A DNA stretch of 64,000 nt from Candidatus Babeliales bacterium. GTDB taxonomy: Bacteria > Babelota > Babeliae > Babelales > JANWKD01. The notes beneath the pieces were generated by a model, which was not told the DNA's origin, did not search any database, and worked only from the letters and a program-made list of their open reading frames with translations. The stretch's first letter is position 1, and every line of letters starts with the position of its first letter. This document shows, in pieces, positions 18,336 through 28,898 of the stretch. The DNA lies in NCBI GenBank assembly GCA_963722255.1, contig CAVRJO010000002.1:160001-224000 (forward strand). Direction: 5' to 3'. The position numbers and the translations under genes were made by a program.

Positions 18336-20717
18336 ATGAATCCAAAATCATTAAGCAAAAAGATGTCTTTTTTAATTCTCATTTCTCTTATTTTTCAGCC
18401 AATTTCAATACAATCAAAACAGCATAGTACAACCCAAGAACCATCAAGCGTCTCCCTTTCATCAACTCACATGAGCATCACTCCTGATAATCTGATGGGA
18501 ATACATTTAGATGAACTCTTAAGAATTGTTATTGAAAATGCTCTTGAAAATCACACGTTTCATGAGCTTCCGCCAATTATTATGGACTGTTATAAACAGC
18601 TTCAAAATGGTGCGCAGTCTTTTAACATTCAAGATTTGGCTCAAATATTACCAATCGCCGTTGAACAATTAACCTCTATAATGAAAGCTGAACGAGCACT
18701 CCGTCCTGATGCTCCAGGTAACGCCAATGGTGCATCGGTAGGGACATCTCTTGAATGCAATTTCTCTGAAGTTCTTCAACCCCTTAATCGTTTAACCCAT
18801 ATTGTTGTTCAATGCTGTACTATGATACAACAAGATTTTAATGCTACATGGACAATTCTTGCTGATCTTAAACAAACTATCACAACAGACATCAACGGCA
18901 CATTCACTGCGATTGCTGCTATTGTTGCAGGGTCATGCGATCTTTCCGGCGTTTACACAACTCTCAATGATATTGATACTACCTTAACTACTTGTTGCTC
19001 TAACATCCAAAATGATTTTGAAGTAACCTGGACAATTTTAGCTGATATCAAACAAACTATTACCACCGATTTCAATGGCACCTTTACGGCTATTGCCGCA
19101 ATTAGTTTAGACACCAATAGCACCTTCACAGCACTTGCTGATATTAAGAATTCCTTAACGACTTGTTGTTCTAAACTTCAAAATGATTTTAATAATACTT
19201 GGACAATTTTAGCAAATATTTCCAATAGCGGTTGTTCCAATATACCAATAACACAAGCAGATATTAATGCTGCTGGAGGAAGTTTAGCTATCAATAATCC
19301 GGGCAATTATTTTTTAGTTGAAGATATTATAGCCGCAGGCGCAATGGGTTCCGGTATTATTACAATTAATTCAAGCGATGTAACTCTTGACCTTTGCAAT
19401 CGCTCATTAAGCGGTACTCCGGGAAATAGCACTTCGGGAATTTTTATAAATACATCTACGAATGTTAGTATCAAAAATGGTATCATTCAAGATATGCTCG
19501 TTGCAGGGGTTGTCGTAAATGGTGGAACAACTGACTTAGAGTTTGATCATCTTACAACCCTCAGTTGTGGAATATTTGGTTTCCAGTTGGGTAATGTTCC
19601 CTTAGTAAATCCGGTATCAAACTCTTCTCCAATCAGCAATCTGCGCGTTACAGATTCTAATGCATTATTCTGCGGTTTGCTCTTTGGACGGAATGTCTCA
19701 TTTCAACAACTTTACACTACTCATCGTTTCACACTTGCAAATAGTGGTGGCTTAATAGCAACAAACTGTTCTAATCTTATTATTAAAGAGAGTTTATTCA
19801 ATCTAAATGATGCTGTTCAAGTTTTTGGATTAAGTTTTATACAATGTTCAGATTCTAAAATAATCAACTGCTCTATGAACGATAATAGTGCATCTGAATT
19901 TTGCGCAGGCCTATTATTAGAACTCTGTAATGGTATATATGTTGCTAACTGCAACTTTAATAATAATCTGGGAAATGGAATAACGCGTTTTAGCCTTGGA
20001 TTCGGCGCCGGAGTAAGTCTTGAAAATTCTACAAATTGTGTTTTTTTTAACTGTCAAGCCACTAATAATGCTGGCGATTCTTCAGCGGGCTTTGCAACTG
20101 ACAGCGGAGCACAAAATCTATTCCGCAACTGCATCGCAACAAATAATAATGGAGCAGATTTTACAGGATATGGCTTTTATGTAACAAATGAACTTGATAC
20201 CCAACTTCTTGAATGTGAAGCATTAAGCAATATAGGACTCTTAGAAGGTAGTGGTTTTATAGGTCTTGACGGAACCGGTAATTCATTTAAAAATTGTCAA
20301 TCCGTTGATAATACAGGAACAAATACCGGTGCCGGATTTATTTTACGCGCAGAAACCGGTTCAACAATCGAAAACTGTGATAGCAAGGACAATTTTGCAA
20401 GCAATATTACTGCAGGATTCAGTTACGGAATTCTCTTAGACACTGATATCAGCTTCGGAATAAATTGCACCAATTGTTACATTAATCATAACTCATTATC
20501 TAATAACATTGGACAATTTGCTAGTTTTGGAATCCTAGATACAGCAATTAATGCAAGCAGTAGTTATGTTGGCAGCAACTTTGCTTATAACAATGGCCTT
20601 AATTATTCTGTCACCTATCCTGTAGCAACATTGCCGGTTGTATCAGGAAGTTTCAGTGGTGCATTACCTGCAACAGGAACCACCGGTAGTTTTGATAATA
20701 TCTCAATCAATCCTTAA
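18336..20717 (+). CDS. Secreted right-handed beta-helix protein with short repeat stalk (paralog 1)
   Basis: Signal peptide; PGNYFLVEDI...ITINSSDVTLDLCN beta-helix cap; N/C/G-rich CxAxNN helix repeats. Confidence 0.85.
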   Translation: MNPKSLSKKMSFLILISLIFQPISIQSKQHSTTQEPSSVSLSSTHMSITPDNLMGIHLDELLRIVIENALENHTFHELPPIIMDCYKQLQNGAQSFNIQDLAQILPIAVEQLTSIMKAERALRPDAPGNANGASVGTSLECNFSEVLQPLNRLTHIVVQCCTMIQQDFNATWTILADLKQTITTDINGTFTAIAAIVAGSCDLSGVYTTLNDIDTTLTTCCSNIQNDFEVTWTILADIKQTITTDFNGTFTAIAAISLDTNSTFTALADIKNSLTTCCSKLQNDFNNTWTILANISNSGCSNIPITQADINAAGGSLAINNPGNYFLVEDIIAAGAMGSGIITINSSDVTLDLCNRSLSGTPGNSTSGIFINTSTNVSIKNGIIQDMLVAGVVVNGGTTDLEFDHLTTLSCGIFGFQLGNVPLVNPVSNSSPISNLRVTDSNALFCGLLFGRNVSFQQLYTTHRFTLANSGGLIATNCSNLIIKESLFNLNDAVQVFGLSFIQCSDSKIINCSMNDNSASEFCAGLLLELCNGIYVANCNFNNNLGNGITRFSLGFGAGVSLENSTNCVFFNCQATNNAGDSSAGFATDSGAQNLFRNCIATNNNGADFTGYGFYVTNELDTQLLECEALSNIGLLEGSGFIGLDGTGNSFKNCQSVDNTGTNTGAGFILRAETGSTIENCDSKDNFASNITAGFSYGILLDTDISFGINCTNCYINHNSLSNNIGQFASFGILDTAINASSSYVGSNFAYNNGLNYSVTYPVATLPVVSGSFSGALPATGTTGSFDNISINP

Positions 20718-20766
20718 AAAGATGTAAACATTTACTTACCTGTAATGGTATTATCAATGTTTATAA

Positions 20767-20871
20767 TTGCCACTAGAAAAAAAAATTACTCCATAGTATT
20801 GCCTTGTTTGGCAAAAATATGGTTTTATTTTTGATGGGATTTATTTTTAAATAAAACTTAGGGGTAGGTTT
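20767..20871 (+). promoter_or_regulatory. Duplicated upstream region of beta-helix gene 2
   Basis: Near-identical to 18235-18335. Confidence 0.6.
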
Positions 20872-23800
20872 ATGAATCGAAAATCATTAAGCAAAAAGAT
20901 CTCTTTTTTAATTCTCATTTCTCTTATTTTTCAGCCAATTTCTATACAATCAAAACAGCGTATTTCGACTGAAGAACCATCAAGCGTCTTCCTTTCATCA
21001 ACAATCAAAGATCCTTGTATAAAAAATAACTCAGTTCACATGAGCATCACTCCGGATAATCTGATGGGAATACATTTAGATGAACTCTTAAAAATTGTTA
21101 TTGAACATGCTCTTGAAAATCACACGTTTCATGAACTTCCGCCAGTTATTATGGACTGCTATAAACAGCTTCAAAATGGTGCGCAGTCTATTAACATTCA
21201 AGATTTGGCTCAAATATTGCCGATCGCCGTTGAACAATTAACCTCTATAATGAAAACTGAACGAGCATTCCGTCCTGATGCTCCAGGTAACATTAATGGT
21301 GCACCGGTAGGAACATCACTTGAATGCAATTTATCTGAAGTTCTTCAACTTCTTAATCGTTTAACCCATATTGTTGTTCAATGCTGTGCTATGATACAAC
21401 AAGATTTTAATGCTACATGGACAATTCTTGCCGATATCAAAGATACTATAACCTCTGACTTCAACGGCACATTTACCGCAATTGCTGCTATTTTGACCGG
21501 ATCATGCGATCTTTCCGGAGTTTATACAACTCTTGCCAATCTTGATACTACCGTAACCTCCTGCTGTGCAACCATTCAAAACGATTTTGATTTCACCTGG
21601 ACCATCTTAGCTGATATTAAACAAACCATCACCACCGATTTCAATAGCACCTTCACAGCTATCGCAGCTATTGTTGCAGGTGCATGTGATTTAAATGGTG
21701 TTTACACAACATTAAATGCTGGCTTCAACGCTACTTTTACTGCTATCGCTTCTATCGTTGCCGGTTCTTGCGATCTTTCTGGAGTTTATACAACTCTTGC
21801 CCATCTTAACGATACCTCAACCACCTGCTGCACTGCTCTACAAACCGATTTCAATGGAACCTTCACAGTACTTAATGGAATAGCAGCGGCTCTTGAAGCT
21901 ATTCCAGCAGCTCTTGCTGATATCAAACAAACCATCACCACCGACTTTAACGGTACCTTTACTGCATTGAATGCATGTTGTGGTAATGTGAACAACACGT
22001 TCACGGTGCTTGCCGACATCAAGCAAACTATAACCACCGATTTTAATGGAACGTTTACGGCATTGAATGCATGTTGCACCAATCTTGCTAATGATTTTGC
22101 CAATACCTGGACCATCTTAGCTGATATCAAACAAACGATAACCAATGATTTTAATGGAACATTTACTGCCATTGCTGCTATCAATTTAAATGCAGAAAAT
22201 ACCTTCACGGTGCTTGCAGACATCAAACAAACAATAACAACAGATTTTAATGGAACATTTACGGCATTGAATGCATGTTGCACCAATCTTGCTAATGATT
22301 TTGCTAATACCTGGACCATCTTAGCTGATATCAAACAAACTATTACCAATGACTTTAATGGAACGTTTACTGAATTCAATGGCACCTTTACTGCTATTGC
22401 CGCTATCAACTTAAGTACAGTAAATACTTTTACGGTGCTTGCAGACATTAAGCAAACTATAACAACAGATTTTAATGGCACCTTCACAGCCTTGAATGCA
22501 TGTTGTATCAACCTCTCTAATGATTTTGCTAATACTTGGACCATCTTAGCGGATATTAAACAAACTATTACCAATGATTTCGATGGGACTTTCACTGCTA
22601 TTGCTGCTATCAATTTAACTGCAGTAAATACCTTCACAGTGCTTGCCGATATTAAGCAAACTATTACTAACGATTTCAATGGCACCTTTACAGCACTCAA
22701 TGCGTGTTGCACTAATATTACTAATGAATTCAACGGAACATTTACTGCGCTTGCAGATATCAAACAAACGATAACTAACGATTTTAACGGGACGTTCACC
22801 GCTATTGCCGCTATCAACTTGAATGAGGTAAATACTTTTACAGTGCTTGCAGACATCAAACAAACAATCACTAATGATTTTAACGGCACCTTTACTGCAT
22901 TGAATGCATGCTGCACTAATATCACCAATGAATTCAACGGAACATTTACTGCGCTTGCAGACATCAAACAAACCATCACCAATGATTTTAACGGCACTTT
23001 CACGGCATTGAATGCATGCTGCACTAATATTACTAATGAATTCAACGGAACATTTACTGCGCTTGCAGATATCAAACAAACAATTACTAATGATTTTAAT
23101 GGCACCTTCACTGCACTCAATGCATGCTGCACTAATATCACCAATGAATTTAATGGAACATTTACTGCGCTTGCAGATATCAAACAAACAATTACTAATG
23201 ATTTTAATGGCACCTTCACTGCACTCAATGCATGCTGCACTAATATCACCAATGAATTTAATGGCACCTTCACTGCACTTGCTGATATCAAACAAACGAT
23301 AACTAACGATTTTAATGAAACTTTCACTGCTATAGCCGCTATCAACTTAAGTGCAGTAAATACCTTCACGGTGCTTGCAGACATCAAACAAACGATTACT
23401 AATGATTTTAATGGGACCTTCACGGCCTTGAATGCATGCTGCACTAATATCACCAATGAATTCAATGGCACCTTCACTGCGCTTGCAGATATCAAACAAA
23501 CGATAACTAACGATTTTAATGGAACTTTCACTGCTATAGCTGCTCTCAGCTTGAATGCAATAAATACCTTCACGGTGCTTAATGATATTAAAAATACTGT
23601 TTCTCAAGATTTTATTAACACCTGGACTATTTTGGCCAGTCTTAGTAGTAGTTGCTCAATGACTCCTATAACGCAAGCAAAAGTCAATGCAGCCGGTGGA
23701 AGCTTTACTATTAGTAGCCCAGGCAACTATTTCTTAGAGGAAAATATTTCATCATCAGGTCTTTTAGGAAGTGGAATTATTAGAATTAATTCCAATGATG

Positions 23801-25071
23801 TTACTTTAGATCTTTGTAATCGCTCTATAACAGGACTAGCGGGTAATGCAACGTCAGGTGTCTTTATAAATACTACCACAAATGTTACCGTAAAAAATGG
23901 TACTATTGAAAATGTCTCAGTCTCGGGTATTGTTGTTAATGGTCAATCAACAGATATACTACTCGATCATGTAACAACTCTTAGTTGTGGAATATTTGGG
24001 ATACAATTTGGCACAGCTGCAACTAATGCACTTCCAAACTCTAATATAATAGGCGATTGTCGTGTTCTATATTGTTCAGCACTATTTTGCGGTCAAGCTA
24101 CACAATCAAATCCAACAGCAGGCCTTTTTGCCTTTAATTGTACAGACCTCATTATTGATCAAGGCTTATTTAATAATAATGTAAGTTTAACTATTAATGG
24201 TATGTTTCTTTCACAATGCTCAAACTGCACCGTAACCAATTCTTCCATGGATAATAATTCTGGCATTGGTGCTTTTAGTGAAGGTGTGGGATTACAAATC
24301 ATTACCCCTGGTGCAATAAGTTGTAACAATAACTATTTTGCTAATTGCACTTTTAATAACAACAGTGGAAATAGTTCTAATGGTAGTGCAATAGGAGTTA
24401 CTTCAAGTGGAGCAATAGCCAATGTTTACCTCAATTGCCAAGCAAACAATAATTCTGGCAGTACGGCTTTTGGTTTCTTTTTTCAAGATGGTAGTCAAAA
24501 TGTCTTTGAAAATGTAACAGCAAGTTTCAATACGGCTTTTGTTGGACAAGCTTATGGCTTTAATATTAGTGAAACTGCTGATCAATTTACTAACTGTACA
24601 GCTGCGACGAATTCAGGAGTGCTTGAGTGCGCAGGCTTCTATTATCAGGCTGGATCTCAAAATTTATGTCAATATTCTCAAGCAATAGACAATACCGCTA
24701 CATTTACCTGTGCCGGTATTATTTTACGCGCTGAAACAGCGAGTAATGTTGAAAACTGTACCCTAAAGGATAGTTTGGGCGCAAGCGGAATTTCATATGG
24801 TATATTATTAGACCAATTATCAAATACCTTCTGTCTCAATTGTTTTGTCCGTGCAAATAATCTTTCAAATAATAAATCCTTTGGAATAGCAGATACACAA
24901 AATCACAGCAGTACCTTTGTTGGAAGCAATTTTGCCTTTAACCAAACAACCAACTATAGCATTACCTATTTAGGTGCAACACTACCGGTTATTTCAGGAA
25001 GTTTTACTACAGGATTACCATCACCAACAGCATCGGGAGGAATCTTTGCTAATATTTCTATAAATCCTTAA
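20872..25071 (+). CDS. Secreted right-handed beta-helix protein with long 18-aa repeat stalk (paralog 2)
   Basis: N-terminus nearly identical to paralog 1; ADIKQTITNDFNGTFTAL / NACCTNITNEFNGTFTAL repeats; both proteins end NISINP. Confidence 0.88.
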   Translation: MNRKSLSKKISFLILISLIFQPISIQSKQRISTEEPSSVFLSSTIKDPCIKNNSVHMSITPDNLMGIHLDELLKIVIEHALENHTFHELPPVIMDCYKQLQNGAQSINIQDLAQILPIAVEQLTSIMKTERAFRPDAPGNINGAPVGTSLECNLSEVLQLLNRLTHIVVQCCAMIQQDFNATWTILADIKDTITSDFNGTFTAIAAILTGSCDLSGVYTTLANLDTTVTSCCATIQNDFDFTWTILADIKQTITTDFNSTFTAIAAIVAGACDLNGVYTTLNAGFNATFTAIASIVAGSCDLSGVYTTLAHLNDTSTTCCTALQTDFNGTFTVLNGIAAALEAIPAALADIKQTITTDFNGTFTALNACCGNVNNTFTVLADIKQTITTDFNGTFTALNACCTNLANDFANTWTILADIKQTITNDFNGTFTAIAAINLNAENTFTVLADIKQTITTDFNGTFTALNACCTNLANDFANTWTILADIKQTITNDFNGTFTEFNGTFTAIAAINLSTVNTFTVLADIKQTITTDFNGTFTALNACCINLSNDFANTWTILADIKQTITNDFDGTFTAIAAINLTAVNTFTVLADIKQTITNDFNGTFTALNACCTNITNEFNGTFTALADIKQTITNDFNGTFTAIAAINLNEVNTFTVLADIKQTITNDFNGTFTALNACCTNITNEFNGTFTALADIKQTITNDFNGTFTALNACCTNITNEFNGTFTALADIKQTITNDFNGTFTALNACCTNITNEFNGTFTALADIKQTITNDFNGTFTALNACCTNITNEFNGTFTALADIKQTITNDFNETFTAIAAINLSAVNTFTVLADIKQTITNDFNGTFTALNACCTNITNEFNGTFTALADIKQTITNDFNGTFTAIAALSLNAINTFTVLNDIKNTVSQDFINTWTILASLSSSCSMTPITQAKVNAAGGSFTISSPGNYFLEENISSSGLLGSGIIRINSNDVTLDLCNRSITGLAGNATSGVFINTTTNVTVKNGTIENVSVSGIVVNGQSTDILLDHVTTLSCGIFGIQFGTAATNALPNSNIIGDCRVLYCSALFCGQATQSNPTAGLFAFNCTDLIIDQGLFNNNVSLTINGMFLSQCSNCTVTNSSMDNNSGIGAFSEGVGLQIITPGAISCNNNYFANCTFNNNSGNSSNGSAIGVTSSGAIANVYLNCQANNNSGSTAFGFFFQDGSQNVFENVTASFNTAFVGQAYGFNISETADQFTNCTAATNSGVLECAGFYYQAGSQNLCQYSQAIDNTATFTCAGIILRAETASNVENCTLKDSLGASGISYGILLDQLSNTFCLNCFVRANNLSNNKSFGIADTQNHSSTFVGSNFAFNQTTNYSITYLGATLPVISGSFTTGLPSPTASGGIFANISINP
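21400..23640 (+). repeat. Intragenic tandem repeat of mostly 54-bp (18-codon) units
   Basis: Repeated gatatcaaacaaac..atcaccaatgattttaatggcaccttcactgc with synonymous third-position variation. Confidence 0.9.
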
Positions 25072-25121
25072 AAATCATTACTCTATGGTATGCATAAGAA
25101 CCAACAATCTTATGCATACCT

Positions 25122-26396
25122 TTAAAAGCACCACTCAATATCAATGCCAACTGATGCAACGGCCATAGTGGTATCAAAAATTCTCTTTCCCCCAATAATC
25201 CAATTATAGAAAAAGCCAATTCTTGGGCCAATATCTGAAGGTTCATGTGCAAAATCATATTCTAAAAACCAATGAATAACATGCATCTGCCAACTTCTAA
25301 AACGTTGATCACTATTTACAATTTCCGGAATAAAAATATTTGTAGTATCAGGTTTAATACAATCACGCTCTTTAAGAGTAAAACAATATCCAACCAAGAG
25401 CGAAAGACCCCTGAAAATATGATCAGCTTTAGTATACGCAGCAATATCCCAAATGGTACCTGGATCTACTAAAGCTTTTCCTGAGGTTAAAAAAATAAAA
25501 CCGTTTTGATCATGAGCAGTTTTCATTGCAATACATCGCGATCGATCAAATAAAAACAATGCACCAATATGAGCACCACATGTCAACCATTCCCAATAGC
25601 CCATAGAACAGTCAAATTTTAATGGCATACCATAAAATCCATCATATCCAAGGGGAAGATCAAAAGGATTACGCAATGATCGTTTTTTACCGGTGGGAAA
25701 TAATATCCCAAACTTTGCAGTAACATCATAATAATCAGCATAGGTTGTATCTTGATTATTAAAAGTCCAACCTGCTAACAAAGTTAAATCTCCTATTCCC
25801 ATTCTATGTACATTTGTTATCGATCGACCATAACGTGCTAAAATTTGTGAAAAATTGCCCAAAAATTGTATCCATTCTGGACTATTTTTATTTGGGACAA
25901 TAGTGTCTTCCGGAGACTTATCACAATATTGAATATTTTGTATGGTGAGACGTCGAATAGGAAGATAAAGTTGCAAAAAAAATCCGGAACACAAATTTTG
26001 ATAGCCATTTATTACTGCTTCGACAATAGAAAAATCTCCTTTAAAAAGCAGTTTCCCAAAATTATCACGGCAAGGCAGGTTGTTCAAATCAATAAGAATC
26101 CTATCCAGCTCATTTTGTTCATCGAGGCATGGTATATCAGCACCAAGATTTTGCATTGCATGCAAACCAAAAACATTAAGTAGAGCTGTCTTTTGACCAT
26201 TGCAGTTAAAAGCTTTTTTGGTGCTCCCTCCTGAAATGAGAAAATCCCAAGAGGTTAACCAATTTTTCTCAAACCTAGGTTCTCCCCAAAAAAAATTTGC
26301 TCTATAAAAATGAGGATTATCAATAGCAGTTGCAAAAGATATCGTTGCTAACCCAATAAATAAACATCGCATATAGTTGTAATGCTGCTTAATCAT
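25122..26396 (-). CDS. Putative outer-membrane beta-barrel protein
   Basis: Signal peptide; GIGDLTLLAGW, amphipathic aromatic strands, C-terminal VGIDIEWCF ending in Phe. Confidence 0.6.
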   Translation of the reverse strand: MIKQHYNYMRCLFIGLATISFATAIDNPHFYRANFFWGEPRFEKNWLTSWDFLISGGSTKKAFNCNGQKTALLNVFGLHAMQNLGADIPCLDEQNELDRILIDLNNLPCRDNFGKLLFKGDFSIVEAVINGYQNLCSGFFLQLYLPIRRLTIQNIQYCDKSPEDTIVPNKNSPEWIQFLGNFSQILARYGRSITNVHRMGIGDLTLLAGWTFNNQDTTYADYYDVTAKFGILFPTGKKRSLRNPFDLPLGYDGFYGMPLKFDCSMGYWEWLTCGAHIGALFLFDRSRCIAMKTAHDQNGFIFLTSGKALVDPGTIWDIAAYTKADHIFRGLSLLVGYCFTLKERDCIKPDTTNIFIPEIVNSDQRFRSWQMHVIHWFLEYDFAHEPSDIGPRIGFFYNWIIGGKRIFDTTMAVASVGIDIEWCF

Positions 26397-26554
26397 ACTG
26401 TATTCCTATACATTCTTTCACTCATTATGAGAGCATGAAAGGACAAAACCTTAATCATCAAGCATAATTGCTTGTCAGCCATGCTCAGTGTGTTATACTT
26501 TATTTAATACTTATACACTATAAATCATTATTCTAAGATCATAAAGGTTCAACC

Positions 26555-27067
26555 ATGGATACTATACAAGAACAAGCTCAATTTAACCAATCGTCTGAAC
26601 AAGAACAAAAGAATGACACTCTTCTACAGCAGTGCACAACCGAGCTACAAGAATTAAAAAATAGCTATGTTCACCTTATTGCAGATTTTGAGAATTTTAA
26701 ACGCAGGCAAGAAAAAGAACGGTTACAATGGAGCAGACTTGCTCAAATAGATATTATTGCACCATTATTGACTATTATTGATGATTTTGAACGTGCATTA
26801 GAACAAAAAGGAACTGCTGAAGCTTCCCAAAATTGGATCGCAGGATTTGAACTCATCTACAAAGAGCTTATAAAATATTTAGATAAAATAGGCATCAAAA
26901 AAATTGAAGTTAAGCCTCATGATCAATTTAATCCTGAATTACATGAATCGATTATGACGGAAAATGTTGATCAAACTCCCGATACTATTGTAAAGGTTCT
27001 TCAAAAAGGCTATATATTTAAAGACTATGTTATACGTCCGGCTAAAGTAAGTATTACTGCAGGCTAA
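26555..27067 (+). CDS. grpE: Nucleotide exchange factor GrpE
   Basis: ADFENFKRR, IIDDFERAL, FNPELHES and VLQKGY...VIRPAKV motifs. Confidence 0.96.
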   Translation: MDTIQEQAQFNQSSEQEQKNDTLLQQCTTELQELKNSYVHLIADFENFKRRQEKERLQWSRLAQIDIIAPLLTIIDDFERALEQKGTAEASQNWIAGFELIYKELIKYLDKIGIKKIEVKPHDQFNPELHESIMTENVDQTPDTIVKVLQKGYIFKDYVIRPAKVSITAG

Positions 27068-27074
27068 AAAGATA

Positions 27075-27779
27075 CTATTTATTCACCAAGCTTTTGTAAT
27101 ACTCAACCACATCTTCTGGATCTTCATGTACAGAAAGTGCTTTTCTATGAGCATCATTTTCTTGGCTCTTATACCACTTTTGTAATAACGATTGGTAGAA
27201 TGGTGTTTGATCTACCATACATTTTGCTAATGAACTAAAGGTGGTTACGGCGCCAATCTTTAATAAACGAAACTTCGTAGGCAAAGAAAAAAATGGCAAA
27301 CGAGCCGCTACCAAATTACAGGTACCAACGAGTCCCAAACCTAAACCACTATATGATTCCATACCTCTTTTAACATGATGATATAAAGCAAGATGTGCAA
27401 ACTCATGAAGAAATTCGTAGAGATTTATATAATCCGGTTTTTGATTACATAAGCGCTGATTAATCCATAGAGCATTTACCCAAGGTATAATAAAAATTGA
27501 GCCAAATCCCAATGCATGCTCAGTTCTTGAATTCATTTTTTTTACCGTAAATTTTTTCTTAATTCCCATTTTATTGCGTGCTATATCACTCATTAATTGA
27601 TAATGTGCAGTAGCACCTTCCTCTCCATAGGCCTTTGCATCTGCACTCAAAGAGTGAGGTAAATCAATCCAGCAGCTTGGAGAATTTGTTGATTTATTTG
27701 TTATCGTGCGCTCCATAGAATTAAGCGAACTGAATAGTATCATACTAACAAATAAAATTTTCCTACTCATTTTTTGCAT
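27075..27779 (-). CDS. Secreted HExxH zinc-metallopeptidase-like protein (M48-like)
   Basis: Signal peptide ending LNS-MER; FLHEFAH, then hydrophobic helices, then SQENDAH resembling the ExEAD motif. Confidence 0.65.
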   Translation of the reverse strand: MQKMSRKILFVSMILFSSLNSMERTITNKSTNSPSCWIDLPHSLSADAKAYGEEGATAHYQLMSDIARNKMGIKKKFTVKKMNSRTEHALGFGSIFIIPWVNALWINQRLCNQKPDYINLYEFLHEFAHLALYHHVKRGMESYSGLGLGLVGTCNLVAARLPFFSLPTKFRLLKIGAVTTFSSLAKCMVDQTPFYQSLLQKWYKSQENDAHRKALSVHEDPEDVVEYYKSLVNK

Positions 27780-27790
27780 TTTTTATCCTT

Positions 27791-28876
27791 TTATGCATTT
27801 CCTGATACAGCTTTTACGCGTTTACCACATTCAGCACGACATCTTGTTGCTTCCAAAGAACGTAATTCCATTTCTTTTACAGTAAGTTCTTTGCATTCAA
27901 AATTTTGATTCTCACATTGCTTAACACACAACGTATGATCTTTAATCGAAAAATTTTCTTTTAATTTTTCTTGTTTTTTAACCACTTGATTCATAAATTC
28001 CAGTTCATCTTCAGGCAAACCGGGAGCATCATTTAAATGGCTTAAAAATAGAGCTTTTTTTGCAAGATTTAATCGAGTAATACCAGTATCATGAAGTGCG
28101 GTGCTTTCTATCGCTGTAAATTTATGGTTTTGAACAATAGATTTTTCTAGAGGAGTTTGCGGAATAACCATTAAAGGCCCTACAAATGAGGTTGCCCAGC
28201 CCAATGCTTTAAAAACACCAGGACGTAATCTTTTTTTAACGTGCCCTATATTTTTTTTCACATGCACATCATCCCATGTTAATAAAGATGACAAGGATTC
28301 AAATGATTTTGCAGGTTCTATTTTTTGATCTGCCATTCGCTTCTTAGTTAGGTTTGCTTGGACAAAAAGTGTATAACTTGCTAATGCTACTAAGGATTCG
28401 CTCGCTATGACCATTTTTAAATCGGGATTGATAAGCTTTGCTTGTTCCACACCACAGGTTAACAAATATTCCTGTACTTCCTGAGGCTGCTTTTGTAAAA
28501 GTTCCTGATTAATCCATACCGTTTTTCTTCCAAAAAGATCCTTACTACCAAAAACATACGATCCATAGGTACCAAGTTTTTTTGCGGTTACTTCATTCAT
28601 CTGCTTAAACTGAATAGTCTTAACATTTTCACCTAATGATTCTGAATGCCTAGATTGTAGATCCGGATCAATAGCAATGGCACCATATTTTTTCATTTGT
28701 GCATTACGTGATGCAAGCACATGAATCGATTTTAAACGCTCAAAATATACTGACCATGATATTTGATTATAAAATCCAGCTTGCTTTTCACTTTCTTTGG
28801 GTAAATCCATAGCAAATTGATTGTACATGAAGAAAATAAGCGAAATAAATACAGAGGAACAAATTAATTTTTTCAT
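27791..28876 (-). CDS. Secreted hypothetical protein, probable degenerate paralog of the adjacent HExxH protein
   Basis: Signal peptide ending QFA-MDL; FKQMN...LG...VWINQELLQKQP aligns with VKKMN...LG...LWINQRLCNQKP; HExxH is absent. Confidence 0.6.
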   Translation of the reverse strand: MKKLICSSVFISLIFFMYNQFAMDLPKESEKQAGFYNQISWSVYFERLKSIHVLASRNAQMKKYGAIAIDPDLQSRHSESLGENVKTIQFKQMNEVTAKKLGTYGSYVFGSKDLFGRKTVWINQELLQKQPQEVQEYLLTCGVEQAKLINPDLKMVIASESLVALASYTLFVQANLTKKRMADQKIEPAKSFESLSSLLTWDDVHVKKNIGHVKKRLRPGVFKALGWATSFVGPLMVIPQTPLEKSIVQNHKFTAIESTALHDTGITRLNLAKKALFLSHLNDAPGLPEDELEFMNQVVKKQEKLKENFSIKDHTLCVKQCENQNFECKELTVKEMELRSLEATRCRAECGKRVKAVSGNA

Positions 28877-28898
28877 AATAACCTTGCCATAGAATATA

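Noticed and set aside
21786..23573. 595-aa antisense ORF and other overlapping ORFs in the repeat region
   Set aside because: Shadow frames produced by the codon pattern of the sense-strand repeat; no independent start signals.
21400..23640. Tandem repeats as a CRISPR array or DGR template/variable repeats
   Set aside because: Units are in-frame coding repeats with synonymous variation and no unique spacers; no cas or reverse transcriptase gene is in the window.
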